Shown here: positions 1 through 11,586 of the stretch, one piece after another
How the letters are laid out: each line of letters opens with the position of its first letter
Position numbering within the stretch: the first letter of the stretch is position 1
Source of the DNA: a virus
Length of the DNA stretch: 64,000 bases
Strand: one strand, 5' to 3'
Virus record (IMG/VR): IMGVR_UViG_3300037310_000404
Coordinates: 32,001-96,000 of that record
Notes under the pieces: generated by a model
Told to the model about the DNA's origin: nothing
The model's database searches: none
Seen by the model: only the letters and a program-made list of their open reading frames with translations
Translations under genes and position numbers: made by a program

Positions 1-1511
1 TGCGCGATATTTCGGTTAACTCACCAGCCCTCGAAATCGAGAATCTTTATAATCAAATAGAGAGGGTAGCTGTAGCCCAATCTGTTTCTAATGCTAATTT
101 CATGACCGAACAGGAACTAAATAATTTGATGTCAAACTTTGGCATTAAGAGGCGCGGCGCTACAAAAGCTATTGGAAAAGTAACCTTCTATACTCCGACT
201 CAGCCGACACAAACAGTAACGATACCAAAAGATACGAGTCTTGGAACCAATCTGGGTAGCGCCGGTAAAGAGGTGGTATTTTTAACCAGGTATGACGTTG
301 TATTTAATACTGATGTTGAGGCCTCGTATTACAATAGCGACACTGGTAATTGGGAAATAACTGTTGATGTAACCGCGCAAGACGGCGGAACCGATAGCAA
401 TGTTGGGGCGTATACCATTACCAAGGTGAGAAATGTAAATATACCATTTCAAGTAACGAATTATAATCCGACTTCTGGCGGTGTTGACCAGGAAAGCAAT
501 CAGGATTTTGCCATACGAGCATTGAATATTATTTTGGGAAGCAATGCTGGAACAGAAAATGGCTATCGCGGCATGGCTCTTACTCAAGATAATGTTCTGG
601 ATACTTTAGTTGTTGGTCCCGGAGAAGCTTTAATGACCAGAGATGGCGGCTATGGCGGCAAGGTAGATGTCTGGATTGTTCCGGCTGAATCTGGATTTAC
701 AGAAATAGGCCCCGAGTCAAATCCTGAGCTTTCTTTCTTGTGGGATAATGGACAGCAATTTAACGAAGGATATCGTTTTGATTTCCCCATCAAGCCATTA
801 GATGCAAATTCTCCAGTTCAAATATTTGGAACCACGGCACCGTCCGGAAACATTAATAATGTTATTCTTTATGAGTCAAGAAATCCGGCTCCATCAACCG
901 TGGCATATGTTGACCCAAGCGGATCGAGATACCACTATACAATTTTTAAAGCTGATGACCTTGATACGGGACATTCTATCTATGCAAACGACTATATTCT
1001 TTGGAACGCAAATGAAATGGAATATTTAAGAACTTTTAATCCATCAGGATCTCCGTTCACCGGCAATAGTCTACAAGTTGATATCAACTACTCATATGAT
1101 AAAGCAGTAAACGATCTCCAGACCGTCATAGATTCGCCTGATAACAAGATCTTAACGGCTGACGTTTTAGCTAAAGAAGCTCAGCAGATACTTATTGATT
1201 GCTCGATGAGCGTTCAGCTACTTCCTCCATTCAAAATTACTTCGGCTACCGAAAACAATACTCTGGCCAATGTGAGAAATGCCATCGCAACGACTATTAA
1301 TAACATATCACTTGGCAACACGATTCAGGAATCTGATCTGGTGCAGGCGGCTCATAATGTTGAGGGAGTTGACAATATTATCCTAAACTCCGTAACTCTT
1401 ACCAAGAAGAGACCGATCTATTTTGACACTTCCACAGAAGCCATCGTAGATGATCAGGCGCTTGATAACCAATACTTTATATCTGATAACATCGTGGCGA
1501 GGTCTGTTTAA
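1..1511 (+). CDS. Baseplate J-like wedge protein, 5'-truncated by the window edge
   Basis: The frame of ORF 102..1511 is open back to base 3 (RDISVNSPALEIENLY...). It has J-like motifs GIKRRGATKAIGKVTF, GGVDQESNQDF and GTENGY, and sits at the start of the tail module. Confidence 0.85.
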   Translation, partial: RDISVNSPALEIENLYNQIERVAVAQSVSNANFMTEQELNNLMSNFGIKRRGATKAIGKVTFYTPTQPTQTVTIPKDTSLGTNLGSAGKEVVFLTRYDVVFNTDVEASYYNSDTGNWEITVDVTAQDGGTDSNVGAYTITKVRNVNIPFQVTNYNPTSGGVDQESNQDFAIRALNIILGSNAGTENGYRGMALTQDNVLDTLVVGPGEALMTRDGGYGGKVDVWIVPAESGFTEIGPESNPELSFLWDNGQQFNEGYRFDFPIKPLDANSPVQIFGTTAPSGNINNVILYESRNPAPSTVAYVDPSGSRYHYTIFKADDLDTGHSIYANDYILWNANEMEYLRTFNPSGSPFTGNSLQVDINYSYDKAVNDLQTVIDSPDNKILTADVLAKEAQQILIDCSMSVQLLPPFKITSATENNTLANVRNAIATTINNISLGNTIQESDLVQAAHNVEGVDNIILNSVTLTKKRPIYFDTSTEAIVDDQALDNQYFISDNIVARSV

Positions 1512-4500
1512 TGGAAACAAGTAGGCAGAAATTAAATAATCTATTTAATAATCTGAGCTCAATTTACAGTAAAGATAATGGAATGCTCAATTCCAATCTT
1601 TACGTGCTATTCAATGCCTACGCCGAAGTATTTCAGGATGTTCAAAGAAATATAAATCAAACCCAGAATAATACGTACATTTTCAGTGCAGACTCTGACG
1701 CTCTTGAGGATAATTTTGGTTCACTAATAAATTTTCCAAAACCCCCAAGGCTTAACACTGTCGATAACGGCGATAATATCTATCGATTCATTCTTGGAAC
1801 CCTGTACCAATACTTCCTAAGCGGGGCCACAGTCGCTACGATGGAAGCATCTTTGAACGAGGTTCTATCGCTCCTCACAATCGATCCTTCTACCCAGGGA
1901 TGCAGCAGCGTCGTAAATTATTCATATCTACCATTTGATGCTACGTCGGTTCAGGTTACGTGGCCCGCTGTTCAGTGTGTCAGCGGAGTGACGGCTGGCA
2001 TAGCCGGTGCTGGTGATATATTAATTGATCCATCCGATCTAATAGTGACATCTTATGACGATTCCACCAGAACTGTGTCCTTCACCGGTACAGTAAACAC
2101 GGGGACCAGATACCAATTTATCTATAACAGGGACAATACAAACTACATAGATACCAACTGGATGAACTTAACAAATCGAACGGTGCAGAATGTCTCTCCA
2201 ATGAATCTTTCGAGCGGTCTCGTTAATACCTACAATAATCCAGAATTCAGCTATTGGTGGAATAATTATAACGCAGATGGAGAGGGCGTAGTCGTTAATG
2301 AATTTGAAATCGACGAAAGCGATTCTTCCCTAGTCTGGAGACTGCCCCAGCGAACTGTGAGGTTTTTAAATCCGTACACTAATACATTTACATTAAAGAG
2401 TTATGATTTCTATAACTTGACCGGGACATCGTATGTCTTGCAGGGACCGATAACACCCACGAACCCGGATACGCCATTTAGTGATTTACCAATAAACTAT
2501 CAGGATGAGGTTTCTGGCAAGTATCAAAATTATTTCATCCGATACAATCAGAATAATCCTGGCCCCGCTCCGGTCAACACTCAATTCTCCGGGGTTTTCC
2601 CGAAATATACGAAAAAGTTTGGATCCATAGAATTTCCTTCAGACGATTTCGGTCCATTGGACTTTTTTGAAAAGAATGCCAACTTTGATCAAAACGACCT
2701 TTTTGGTAGTGGAACAAAACACGCATGGACTAATGTAACTAATAATAATGGAAAATACATTATAGACAATTCAAGCTTTGTGCAAAGGGATTTCAGTCTC
2801 CATCAAAACATCTTAACCTCTGAAAATTTTGAAAGCAACTCGCTAAGCAAGCTAACAAGTAATTTTTCTGAAGGCACAAGGATAACGGAGTCTCCGGGAA
2901 ATCAAAAAGGTGGCAAGCAGAATTGTCTCATGTTGATATCGTCTGGAACAGGATCAACCACATCTGTTTCTCCAGTTATTCCAAATGCCGATCTTCTATA
3001 TGCACCTTCTGGGATAAACCATATTAATGTCGACTTCTATGACGCCAACTATACTGGTACATCGACGTATATAGATATAATCCGTACTGGCACATCAAAC
3101 TCTTTCCATCAATTTAGATTTGGTATAGACAAAAATCTGTTTACATATCTATATCCAACCGGACTAGCTATAAACGTCAGCGGAGTAGAAGCTATATCTT
3201 CCGGGACTGGATTTACGCTGGCATCGGGAAGCGATATATTTAATAACTCAAAACCATACGGTTTTGTCGAAACATACTTCTCGTCAAGCGGATCCACCAA
3301 TTATGCCACGAATCAGGTTGGTCCATACGTCCTATCTTCCGGCAATCCGTATTCAAATTATTCTGATATGGCCATGGTTCCGTCTGGCTCATCAACCATC
3401 TTGGTGCCGAATATTGACAACGCTTCAATCCAAGATATGGATAGCTTTACGGCCGCGTTCGATTTCAATCCAACCGGAAACTATGTAAAATTTGGATTTA
3501 GCTTCTATCACAGCATAGGTGATGTTAATGTAACAAATTCAGCTCCATATCTTACATACATTCCTACTCCGTTCATGCCGGATTCCGCGTCCACAAAAAT
3601 CGGCGGCCCAGTCACGTACTTCAATAGCACTTTGCCGCTCCCGCATACCGGCAATATCGTCCAGGTTCCGTTCTTTGCACAGAGAGACTTTTCTTTCTTC
3701 ACCAACCCTGGAAATAATAGGTTGTATTTGCAGTTTACTGATCACGAAGTCATTTCTGGCTCTCTTGCCCCGATTTCGGCTACATATGATACTGGTGTGG
3801 ATTTGGCTGGTGGCCTCAACACATTTGAAATAGTTAAAAACCAGTATTTAAAGATCAATGGGGTTACTTACGTATTTGCTAAAAATATAGTCTCGCTATG
3901 GGAAACGCCTGGCAACTACCAATCGTACTTCAATAACGTTGATATTGGGTCCGATAGATCATTCAGTATCGAATTCAGCAGCGGTATATCTATTTATCAT
4001 GCCTACTTTGGTAATCAGTCAAAAAAGAATTCGTATTTAAACGAACTATCCAATGCATTTACTAACACTCTAAATAACACAGAGGCAAATCTAGTACCGG
4101 TGCCAATTCCATACTTTTATCAAATCAGCACAGTTCCTGGGACAATTGATTCTCAGCCAAAGACATATCTCGATGATTTGGGTAGACAAAAGAAGTGGCA
4201 TCGTCTTACGGTCGATTTTGGAACCGACTTCTCCGGCTTGGCTGCCTTGGTAGATGAGACTACCTTCTATAGTGGATCAATAGGCTTTGCTGGTTATTTA
4301 AATAATCCGTCAGGCATAATCTTATCTTCGACTTCACAAAATCCGGCATCTGAATTTGGATTCTTTGACAATATAGAAATGTCATATTTCGATTATTCAA
4401 TGACATTAGAAAAGTATCAGATACAGTTACAGTCAGACACATGGGAAGGCTCAATGCTGGAACAATCGTCTATTGTCGACAATAAATTCTTTAAGCTCGA

Positions 4501-4792
4501 ACCGGTGGCTAACTTCCAATTTTTGGTTACGATAAAAGGATTGGATGAGAACTATATCTATATCGTTAACGATATCATCCAAAGAGTAAAACCAGCCTAT
4601 GCTTTGGCTATTCCAGTTTATTTGTTGGAGCAGAGTCTTGATACTACTTCCCAGGTTCCTGAGGCTGATGATGACTCCACGAACTGGGAAACTGGAAATA
4701 TCGATAATAACATCATAATATTGCCGGGAAGTACATCTGGAACCTCCGCTGATTTACCTGGATTCATAGGTATTTCCGGAATGAGCGTTTAA
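1511..4792 (+). CDS. Large baseplate wedge/tail protein (gpI-like position) with long beta-rich insert
   Basis: It follows baseplate J with a stop/start overlap. The N-terminal DALEDNFGSLINF..P and C-terminal IIQRVKPAY motifs are typical of baseplate wedge partners. Confidence 0.65.
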   Translation: METSRQKLNNLFNNLSSIYSKDNGMLNSNLYVLFNAYAEVFQDVQRNINQTQNNTYIFSADSDALEDNFGSLINFPKPPRLNTVDNGDNIYRFILGTLYQYFLSGATVATMEASLNEVLSLLTIDPSTQGCSSVVNYSYLPFDATSVQVTWPAVQCVSGVTAGIAGAGDILIDPSDLIVTSYDDSTRTVSFTGTVNTGTRYQFIYNRDNTNYIDTNWMNLTNRTVQNVSPMNLSSGLVNTYNNPEFSYWWNNYNADGEGVVVNEFEIDESDSSLVWRLPQRTVRFLNPYTNTFTLKSYDFYNLTGTSYVLQGPITPTNPDTPFSDLPINYQDEVSGKYQNYFIRYNQNNPGPAPVNTQFSGVFPKYTKKFGSIEFPSDDFGPLDFFEKNANFDQNDLFGSGTKHAWTNVTNNNGKYIIDNSSFVQRDFSLHQNILTSENFESNSLSKLTSNFSEGTRITESPGNQKGGKQNCLMLISSGTGSTTSVSPVIPNADLLYAPSGINHINVDFYDANYTGTSTYIDIIRTGTSNSFHQFRFGIDKNLFTYLYPTGLAINVSGVEAISSGTGFTLASGSDIFNNSKPYGFVETYFSSSGSTNYATNQVGPYVLSSGNPYSNYSDMAMVPSGSSTILVPNIDNASIQDMDSFTAAFDFNPTGNYVKFGFSFYHSIGDVNVTNSAPYLTYIPTPFMPDSASTKIGGPVTYFNSTLPLPHTGNIVQVPFFAQRDFSFFTNPGNNRLYLQFTDHEVISGSLAPISATYDTGVDLAGGLNTFEIVKNQYLKINGVTYVFAKNIVSLWETPGNYQSYFNNVDIGSDRSFSIEFSSGISIYHAYFGNQSKKNSYLNELSNAFTNTLNNTEANLVPVPIPYFYQISTVPGTIDSQPKTYLDDLGRQKKWHRLTVDFGTDFSGLAALVDETTFYSGSIGFAGYLNNPSGIILSSTSQNPASEFGFFDNIEMSYFDYSMTLEKYQIQLQSDTWEGSMLEQSSIVDNKFFKLEPVANFQFLVTIKGLDENYIYIVNDIIQRVKPAYALAIPVYLLEQSLDTTSQVPEADDDSTNWETGNIDNNIIILPGSTSGTSADLPGFIGISGMSV

Positions 4793-4801
4793 CGCCGTAA
4801 A

Positions 4802-4851
4802 TAATTAATTAATCCACAATTTTTATAAAAAATTATTAAAGATAGATAGGA
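4802..4851 (+). promoter_or_regulatory. Recurrent intergenic motif TAATTAATTAATC...TTTTATAAAA...ATAGATAGGA
   Basis: The same elements recur at 14362-14416 and partly at 28044-28090. Function is inferred. Confidence 0.5.
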
Positions 4852-4869
4852 CAAATAAAGGAGCATTAA

Positions 4870-7800
4870 ATGTCTTCAGGAGCACAACCAGCTGTATTTC
4901 TATTCCCCACCGGAGTTGATAATTATTCAATTAAGGTGGACCGTGGCACTGTTATTTCCGGAGATGGTCCATTTACCGTTCCGGCCATACCGGCATATGA
5001 ATTTTATTTGTCCTATGTTCCTCAGTCGGGAACCGTATCTCTTGCCGGTTATACTGAAGTAACCGGAACCCCTGGAACCAACCAATACCAAGTAACTTAT
5101 AGCGGAACAAACGCTGGCCTGATGACGTTCAATGGAATTAATGCTGGCGATGGGCCACTATATGTATCCTACACGGCATTCGGGGATATCGCCCGCGCCT
5201 TTTATTTCAACGATCTACAGCAATCAGTCGAGACTATTGAAAATTACATCAATAGCGGCCTAGGCCTAGAAAACTATCTTCCGACTAGTGGTGGAACGGT
5301 CTCGGGAACGATAACGCTAAACGGCGCATCTATTGTTCCTAGCGTTGCAAGCGGAAACGACATAGGCACTGCAGCATTTCCTTTTGATGAAATGCATGCT
5401 TCTCAAATGTTTGCCAATTCGTTTACTGATGAATCATCAAATGGTATAACTATTGATGTATCTGGCAACACTTCTCTTACAACTACTGGCTCAATAAGTA
5501 CAAGTTCGTCTTCTATTACCGGAACTACGTCATCCAGCATTCATCTTGAAAGTTCAGCAAGCAATATAAGTCTTAAAGCATTGACCGGACAGATTGAGCT
5601 TATTACCCCAACGACAACTTCCTATGGCGATATGGTTCCAGCCTCTAGCGGAACTAATGATCTCGGCTCGGTTTCTCTGCCGTGGGGAACGATTTATGCC
5701 GATAACATAGTTGCTCCGTTGTTCCAGAGCGGAGTTGTTCAATCAAGTGGCGGGAGCATGACTGGCGATTTAAATATCATTCCGCCAGCAAAGATACGCA
5801 CTGACCTAATTCAAAACTATAGCTCCACCATAACTATTCAATCAACTGGTGCTGGCATAGTATTGCAATCGGATAGCGACACCAACATTAACAGCAATTC
5901 CAACGTTAATATAACTCCCGGAGTCGGTCAGATAGTTACCATTTCTGCTGGACTAACCGTATCTGATGCTGTAATCGCTCCGAATACTGATATTATTCCT
6001 TTCAACTCCGGAACGAATGACTTGGGGTCGGCTTCAAATCCATTTGATTATGTCTATGCTAATAATTACATAGGTCTAAGCCTTTCTGGTAATTTTGTTG
6101 CAAAATCAGGCGACTCTATGTATGGCGATCTTGTTATGGGAGATCCGCTTTCAACGGGAACTCAGCCATCGATTCATGCGGAGAACATTCAGTCATTAAA
6201 CAATGATTTGAATATCAATGTTGGCGAGTTGGCGGTTACGGCTACTAATAACGTCCATTTTGATCTTGGTCCATCCGGTAACCAGATTCTTGAGCTCGGA
6301 TTATTCCAAATATATTTTAGCACCGATATCATACCGACCACAGACAGTCTGTATGACATTGGCAGTCCGTCACTCTATGTTAACAACCTTTATGCTAGAA
6401 ATATACATGCTTCTGGCATAACCGGAACCACGATAGACGGTGCAACCCTTGGAGATGTAACTATAACCGGAAATATCACTATGAATTCCGGCTCATCGAT
6501 ACTTGCCGCAAACTCTGGAACAGTCAACATCGGAAGCAGCGGATCTCCATTTGGAACTCTCTATGTCGACAACATTGTTACCATTGGTTCTACTGGCGCT
6601 TTCCTAAGCAAGTTCGGCGATACGATCCAGGGGAACTTGTTGACTAACGGATCTGGTGTTAATGACATCGGATCTGCCTCTGTTCCATTCAATGCCATCT
6701 ATGCCGACAACATCATATCGTCTGGACTTGATGATATGTATGTTAATGTGACTGGCGACTCAATGTCTGGTCCATTGACTCTATCAGAGGTATTGTCAAC
6801 CGGAAACTTAACTATATCCGGGGCTTCCAATGTCAATATTTATGCAAATCAAATAGCAGAAACAGCGGAACAGGTAAATATCAGCGCGACGGTGGGGCCT
6901 GTCATTCTTGATGGAAACACAGAAATTCAACTCCTATCGAATAGCATTGCTCAACAGGCAATCACTCAGAGCGGCACTGAGTTCTTTAACGATTTATTCC
7001 CAAATGCCAGCGGAACGTATGATATAGGAACTCCATCGTTACCATTTAGAGCCATTTACGCGGATTTCTTAGTCCCAACAAGCATTTCCGGAACAGGCAA
7101 CTTTGTTCTAAAGGCCGGAGATAGCATGATTGGCGCTCTGACTATGCAGAGTGGGGCAAATATTTACACAGCAGTCTCCGGAGTCAACGACATAGGCTCT
7201 GCTTCTACTCCATGGAATGCTGTTTATGCTAATAACTTTTATCTGAGCGGATCGCCATTCGGTACTGGATTTGTTCATACCTCCGGCGATACAATGACCG
7301 GCGATTTATGGATGAACGGTGCCAATATCACTGCCGGATCTACTCCGTTTACCATATTCGGTTCTGGAGATGTAAACCTCAATGCTCTTACCGGATTAAG
7401 TATAAATGCATTTCTTGGTGATTTGGATATTATATCGCCAAATGGCATAGCAACATTCTATGGATCTCAGACCATTCTTGGCGGCGGCGGTGGTTCCACA
7501 AACATAATTGGTGGCGCTAGTGGCGTTTGGATTTCTGGTCAAAGCGGTCCTGTCAATTTATATTCTAGTAATGCAAGTGGAATAAGCCTGACATCACTTG
7601 GCGCGTTCTTAATTGATACTTCTGCCACAACACAGAATCCAACCCTAATAATGTCATCATCTCCAAGTACTTACTTTGACATTATTGGGCGTATAAGATT
7701 GAGCGGAAACGCCATACCGGCTGTCTCTGGATCGTATTTGCTTGGAACGGCAGCTGCGCCATTTAGCGGAGCATATGTTGAAAATATAAATGGCCGCGAA

Positions 7801-8031
7801 GCCACGTATCCCATTTATAGCGAGATACCGTCGGGTTCGGTAGATGGCGTAAATACAGTATTCGCCACGGCATTTGTTCCAGTTTCTGGTACCGAGAGGC
7901 TTTATAGGGCTGGCTTAAGAATGACTCCTTACGGAATCGACTACAGCATAGCTGGCAACACTATAACATTCGTGTCAGCCCCGTCTAGCGGCGACAACAT
8001 TCTGGTAGATTACGAAAGATCTATATTCTAA
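4870..8031 (+). CDS. Long tail fibre protein with repeated GD(T/S)MxG and DIGSxxxP(F/W) modules
   Basis: About 7 FVxxxGDxMxG and about 9 SGxxDIGSxxxPF motifs. The C-terminal EIPSGSVDGVN...DYSIAGNTIT domain is shared with the next gene. Confidence 0.75.
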   Translation: MSSGAQPAVFLFPTGVDNYSIKVDRGTVISGDGPFTVPAIPAYEFYLSYVPQSGTVSLAGYTEVTGTPGTNQYQVTYSGTNAGLMTFNGINAGDGPLYVSYTAFGDIARAFYFNDLQQSVETIENYINSGLGLENYLPTSGGTVSGTITLNGASIVPSVASGNDIGTAAFPFDEMHASQMFANSFTDESSNGITIDVSGNTSLTTTGSISTSSSSITGTTSSSIHLESSASNISLKALTGQIELITPTTTSYGDMVPASSGTNDLGSVSLPWGTIYADNIVAPLFQSGVVQSSGGSMTGDLNIIPPAKIRTDLIQNYSSTITIQSTGAGIVLQSDSDTNINSNSNVNITPGVGQIVTISAGLTVSDAVIAPNTDIIPFNSGTNDLGSASNPFDYVYANNYIGLSLSGNFVAKSGDSMYGDLVMGDPLSTGTQPSIHAENIQSLNNDLNINVGELAVTATNNVHFDLGPSGNQILELGLFQIYFSTDIIPTTDSLYDIGSPSLYVNNLYARNIHASGITGTTIDGATLGDVTITGNITMNSGSSILAANSGTVNIGSSGSPFGTLYVDNIVTIGSTGAFLSKFGDTIQGNLLTNGSGVNDIGSASVPFNAIYADNIISSGLDDMYVNVTGDSMSGPLTLSEVLSTGNLTISGASNVNIYANQIAETAEQVNISATVGPVILDGNTEIQLLSNSIAQQAITQSGTEFFNDLFPNASGTYDIGTPSLPFRAIYADFLVPTSISGTGNFVLKAGDSMIGALTMQSGANIYTAVSGVNDIGSASTPWNAVYANNFYLSGSPFGTGFVHTSGDTMTGDLWMNGANITAGSTPFTIFGSGDVNLNALTGLSINAFLGDLDIISPNGIATFYGSQTILGGGGGSTNIIGGASGVWISGQSGPVNLYSSNASGISLTSLGAFLIDTSATTQNPTLIMSSSPSTYFDIIGRIRLSGNAIPAVSGSYLLGTAAAPFSGAYVENINGREATYPIYSEIPSGSVDGVNTVFATAFVPVSGTERLYRAGLRMTPYGIDYSIAGNTITFVSAPSSGDNILVDYERSIF

Positions 8032-8047
8032 TAAGAGGTTAGATTAA

Positions 8048-11000
8048 ATGTCTCAAACAAGAATAAACAACATTGACATTAAAAAGCCATTAGTGGGCGA
8101 GGACGTAACTCTCGGCTCTGGAATAAATATTTTGGCACAAATCTCCGGAACTAGTGATCTAGGCTCGGCTGCAGCACCTTTTGATACCGTTTACGCTAAT
8201 AATATCATAGGCAGCGGAATAGGCGATGGTTTTGTTCGCATAACCGGCGATACTATGACCGGCAACCTAAGCATGGGTTCCGGCGGAAATATAGTTCCAT
8301 CCGTATCCGGAGTTGGCAATGTTGGATCTGCATCGTTGCCATTTAATACTTTATTCGCTAATAACTTGATAATTAATGGAAATAGTTTAGGCGACGAATT
8401 TGTGCACGTCACGGGAGATACGATACTAGGAAACCTCATTCTTGATTCTGGGGTAAATATATTAAACTCTGTCTCCGGGATTAACGAAATAGGCTCCGCT
8501 GCAAATCCGTTAAAAAGAGTATACGCACTAAACTTCGTAGATCCATCATCTTCTGGAAATGATTTTGTTTTCAGAGCCGGTGATTCTATGTATGGTGATC
8601 TAGTTATGAGCGGAAGTTCATTGATTACTGACACTATAGAAAATTATACGAGTGGAAGAATATATTTGTCTGGAAATGTTGTGGCCGGAACCAGCGGTAC
8701 TGCTACTGGAACTAATTCTATTGCATTCGGAATTAATGGAAGCGCTTTGGGCAACAAATCGTTTGCCTTTGGTGGTGGAAATGATTTTGGAGACGGGGTT
8801 CCTGGAGTAGCCGTTGGCGAAAAGTCAATTGCTCTTTTTGGATACGCCGAAGGCGATAGTTCTTTTGCTTTTGGTAACAATAATAGTTCAATCAGCAAGG
8901 CTTTAGGAGACTATTCGGTAGCCCTCGGCGGTGGAAGCCAGTCGCTTGGCGAAGGTGCTTTTGCTGCTGGCATGGAAAGCATTGCTTTAGGATACCACTC
9001 AGTAGCCCTAGGAAGTTTTTCGGAGGCGTATGGAGATGCATCGTTTGCAGTTGGATCCTTATCCATCGCTTCCGGAAATAGTTCATCCGCGCTAAATGGC
9101 GGTTTAACTCTGGGGCAATATGCTTTAGCCATCGGAAACGGAGCTGTGGCTAGTGGATTAAACTCTGTCGCTATTGGAAATGGGCCAACAGCAAATGGAC
9201 AGGATTCTATAGTCCTTGGAGTTGGCGGCACTGCCGATGGATCTATGTCAATCGTACTTGGTCCAACTGATGATGGTGGATTCAGCAATGCTGTGAATAT
9301 AGCACCGGGCGGAGGAGACTCCAATCCAACCGGTAACACCATATTGCTGAGCGCCTCAAATGGTCTATATCTTGGAAGCGATCCAACAAATCTATACCCG
9401 CTGACTTCTGGCACCCACGATATTGGTTCAGCTGCATTACCATTTAAAGATATATATGTTAATTCTATTATTGCAAATGGCACGGGTGGCAGCTTTGTTC
9501 ATATAACTGGCGATCAAATGACTGGCGATCTTGTTCTGGCAGGCGCGGCCTTAATTATATCTGCTAACACCGGAACAGTCGCTACTTCCATGGCTCTTGG
9601 AAGCAACGCTTTCGCCGGAGGGCAATATAGCATCGCGGCCGGACAAGACGCCGCCACCAGCACTAACCCTAGCACTTTTGCAATTGGATATCAAGCATAT
9701 GGTTCAGGACTTTTTTCTACAGCTATCGGTTACAATGCCAGAGCAATTGGGATCACATCTCTTGCAGCCGGATCGGTAGTAACAACAAGTGGGGCTAATG
9801 CTACCGCTCTTGGGTATAACAACTATGCCAATGGATCAAGCTCATTTGTTGCTGGAAGTGATAACTCCTCAAATGCTTCTTCGTCTGCTGTTTTTGGATC
9901 TAATAATACTGCCGGGTCATCTGCCCACAGGGCCCTGGTGGGTGGTGAAATATCTTGGGCTAATGGTCAAAACTCTGTTTCTGTCGGTTATAACCTGCAT
10001 TCAAGTGAAGCATATACGGCAATATTCGGATATGATAACAAGGCTAGCGGAAGCGGATTTAATTTAATAGCGGGACAATACAATAGCGGTACAAATACAG
10101 CAACTCATAGCTTGATTGCTGGCGAGAGCAATGGTGTTTATGATGGTGCCAACCATATGTTAGTTGTTGGTGCAAGTAATAAAGCATACAATTCATCATC
10201 TCATGGAATCATTGGTGGTTTAAATAATATTGTAAACAACGGAACACACTATGTAATAGTTGGAGGAACCGGTAATTTAGTTTCGAATTCATCTCACGGG
10301 TCAATAGTCGTTGGAAGAGACAATACGATTACTAATGGCGGCATCAATTCTGCTATATTTGGAAGAAATAATACAATCACAGATAGCACCGTAGATTCAT
10401 TGGTGGCTGGACATCTGAATACCATAACGCAAACTTCCGCCCAATCGATCGCAGTAGGCTACAATAATTCAATTATAGGCGCACCCAATTCCCTTGCGGC
10501 CGGGTTCCAAAACTCCATAACTGGCAGTAGCTATTCAGCTGTTGTTGGATATCAGAATCTTATCAGCGGGGCGGCATATTCTGTTGCAGGCGGCTATAGC
10601 AATGTGGTACTTGGCGCGTATTCAGTTGTTTTTGGTGAAAATAATGAAACGAGTTCAAGTTCTGGATGGAGCGCAGTATTTGGCCAAAACAATAACTCAA
10701 CAGGAAATCCGTACAACATAGTTGCTGGTGGAAACAATCAGGTAACAGCAGTATACAGCGCTACTTTTGGAAACAATAATCAGAACTATGGCAACTTTGG
10801 CACCGTTATTGGACAAAATAATCTCAACGACGGGAATAGTGGGTTTGTCGGTGGCTCGTCTAATAAAAACTATGGATTTGCGTCTCTTGTTGTAGGTAAT
10901 GCTGTTACAGTTTCTGGGGCAGCATCTTTATCGTACGGAGTTGCTAATACCATACATGCCTCAGCTACGCAGTCTATTGCCGGTGGAGTATCAAACACTA

Positions 11001-11575
11001 CTTATGGGCTTTACTCCGCAGCAATTGGATTGAATAACATCGCTTCTGGATCTAGCTCGATTGCTATTGGATCGACTAACACGGCGATAGGCGAAAGCTC
11101 GGTGGCTATCGGATCCAATGCCGTCGCATCGGAAAGTGGCACTTTTGTTTTCTCTGATAACCAGGCTAGCATATATACGGGAACATCGAGCAATGCAATG
11201 TATCTCAGATTTGAGAACGGCATAAATCTTTCATCTGGAACAGATTTGTTACCGCAGACTTCCGGAACACAAAATCTGGGGTCGGCGGCGTTTCCATTCG
11301 ACAACATACAGACTTTAACAATAAATGGAAATGCTACAAGAAGGACTGCTTGGAACGAAATACCTGCCGGAGTAATAAATGGATCCAATCAATCATTTAC
11401 CCTTGGCAATACTCCATATGATCAGTGGAGTACGCAGTTATATGTCAACGGACTATATCAAGCACCAAGCGGTATAGGTGCACCATATTTTGATTATTCT
11501 GTATCTGGAAACACAATCACAATGGTATTAGCACCAGCGTCTGGAAGCATAATGATAGCTAACTATCAATATTAA
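8048..11575 (+). CDS. Tail fibre/adhesin with YadA-head-like (Hep/Hag-type) repeats
   Basis: Long runs of ~14-residue SxAxG/SIAIG repeats, GDTMTG modules and the same C-terminal domain as 4870..8031. Confidence 0.75.
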   Translation: MSQTRINNIDIKKPLVGEDVTLGSGINILAQISGTSDLGSAAAPFDTVYANNIIGSGIGDGFVRITGDTMTGNLSMGSGGNIVPSVSGVGNVGSASLPFNTLFANNLIINGNSLGDEFVHVTGDTILGNLILDSGVNILNSVSGINEIGSAANPLKRVYALNFVDPSSSGNDFVFRAGDSMYGDLVMSGSSLITDTIENYTSGRIYLSGNVVAGTSGTATGTNSIAFGINGSALGNKSFAFGGGNDFGDGVPGVAVGEKSIALFGYAEGDSSFAFGNNNSSISKALGDYSVALGGGSQSLGEGAFAAGMESIALGYHSVALGSFSEAYGDASFAVGSLSIASGNSSSALNGGLTLGQYALAIGNGAVASGLNSVAIGNGPTANGQDSIVLGVGGTADGSMSIVLGPTDDGGFSNAVNIAPGGGDSNPTGNTILLSASNGLYLGSDPTNLYPLTSGTHDIGSAALPFKDIYVNSIIANGTGGSFVHITGDQMTGDLVLAGAALIISANTGTVATSMALGSNAFAGGQYSIAAGQDAATSTNPSTFAIGYQAYGSGLFSTAIGYNARAIGITSLAAGSVVTTSGANATALGYNNYANGSSSFVAGSDNSSNASSSAVFGSNNTAGSSAHRALVGGEISWANGQNSVSVGYNLHSSEAYTAIFGYDNKASGSGFNLIAGQYNSGTNTATHSLIAGESNGVYDGANHMLVVGASNKAYNSSSHGIIGGLNNIVNNGTHYVIVGGTGNLVSNSSHGSIVVGRDNTITNGGINSAIFGRNNTITDSTVDSLVAGHLNTITQTSAQSIAVGYNNSIIGAPNSLAAGFQNSITGSSYSAVVGYQNLISGAAYSVAGGYSNVVLGAYSVVFGENNETSSSSGWSAVFGQNNNSTGNPYNIVAGGNNQVTAVYSATFGNNNQNYGNFGTVIGQNNLNDGNSGFVGGSSNKNYGFASLVVGNAVTVSGAASLSYGVANTIHASATQSIAGGVSNTTYGLYSAAIGLNNIASGSSSIAIGSTNTAIGESSVAIGSNAVASESGTFVFSDNQASIYTGTSSNAMYLRFENGINLSSGTDLLPQTSGTQNLGSAAFPFDNIQTLTINGNATRRTAWNEIPAGVINGSNQSFTLGNTPYDQWSTQLYVNGLYQAPSGIGAPYFDYSVSGNTITMVLAPASGSIMIANYQY

Positions 11576-11586
11576 TGGATTAACAA

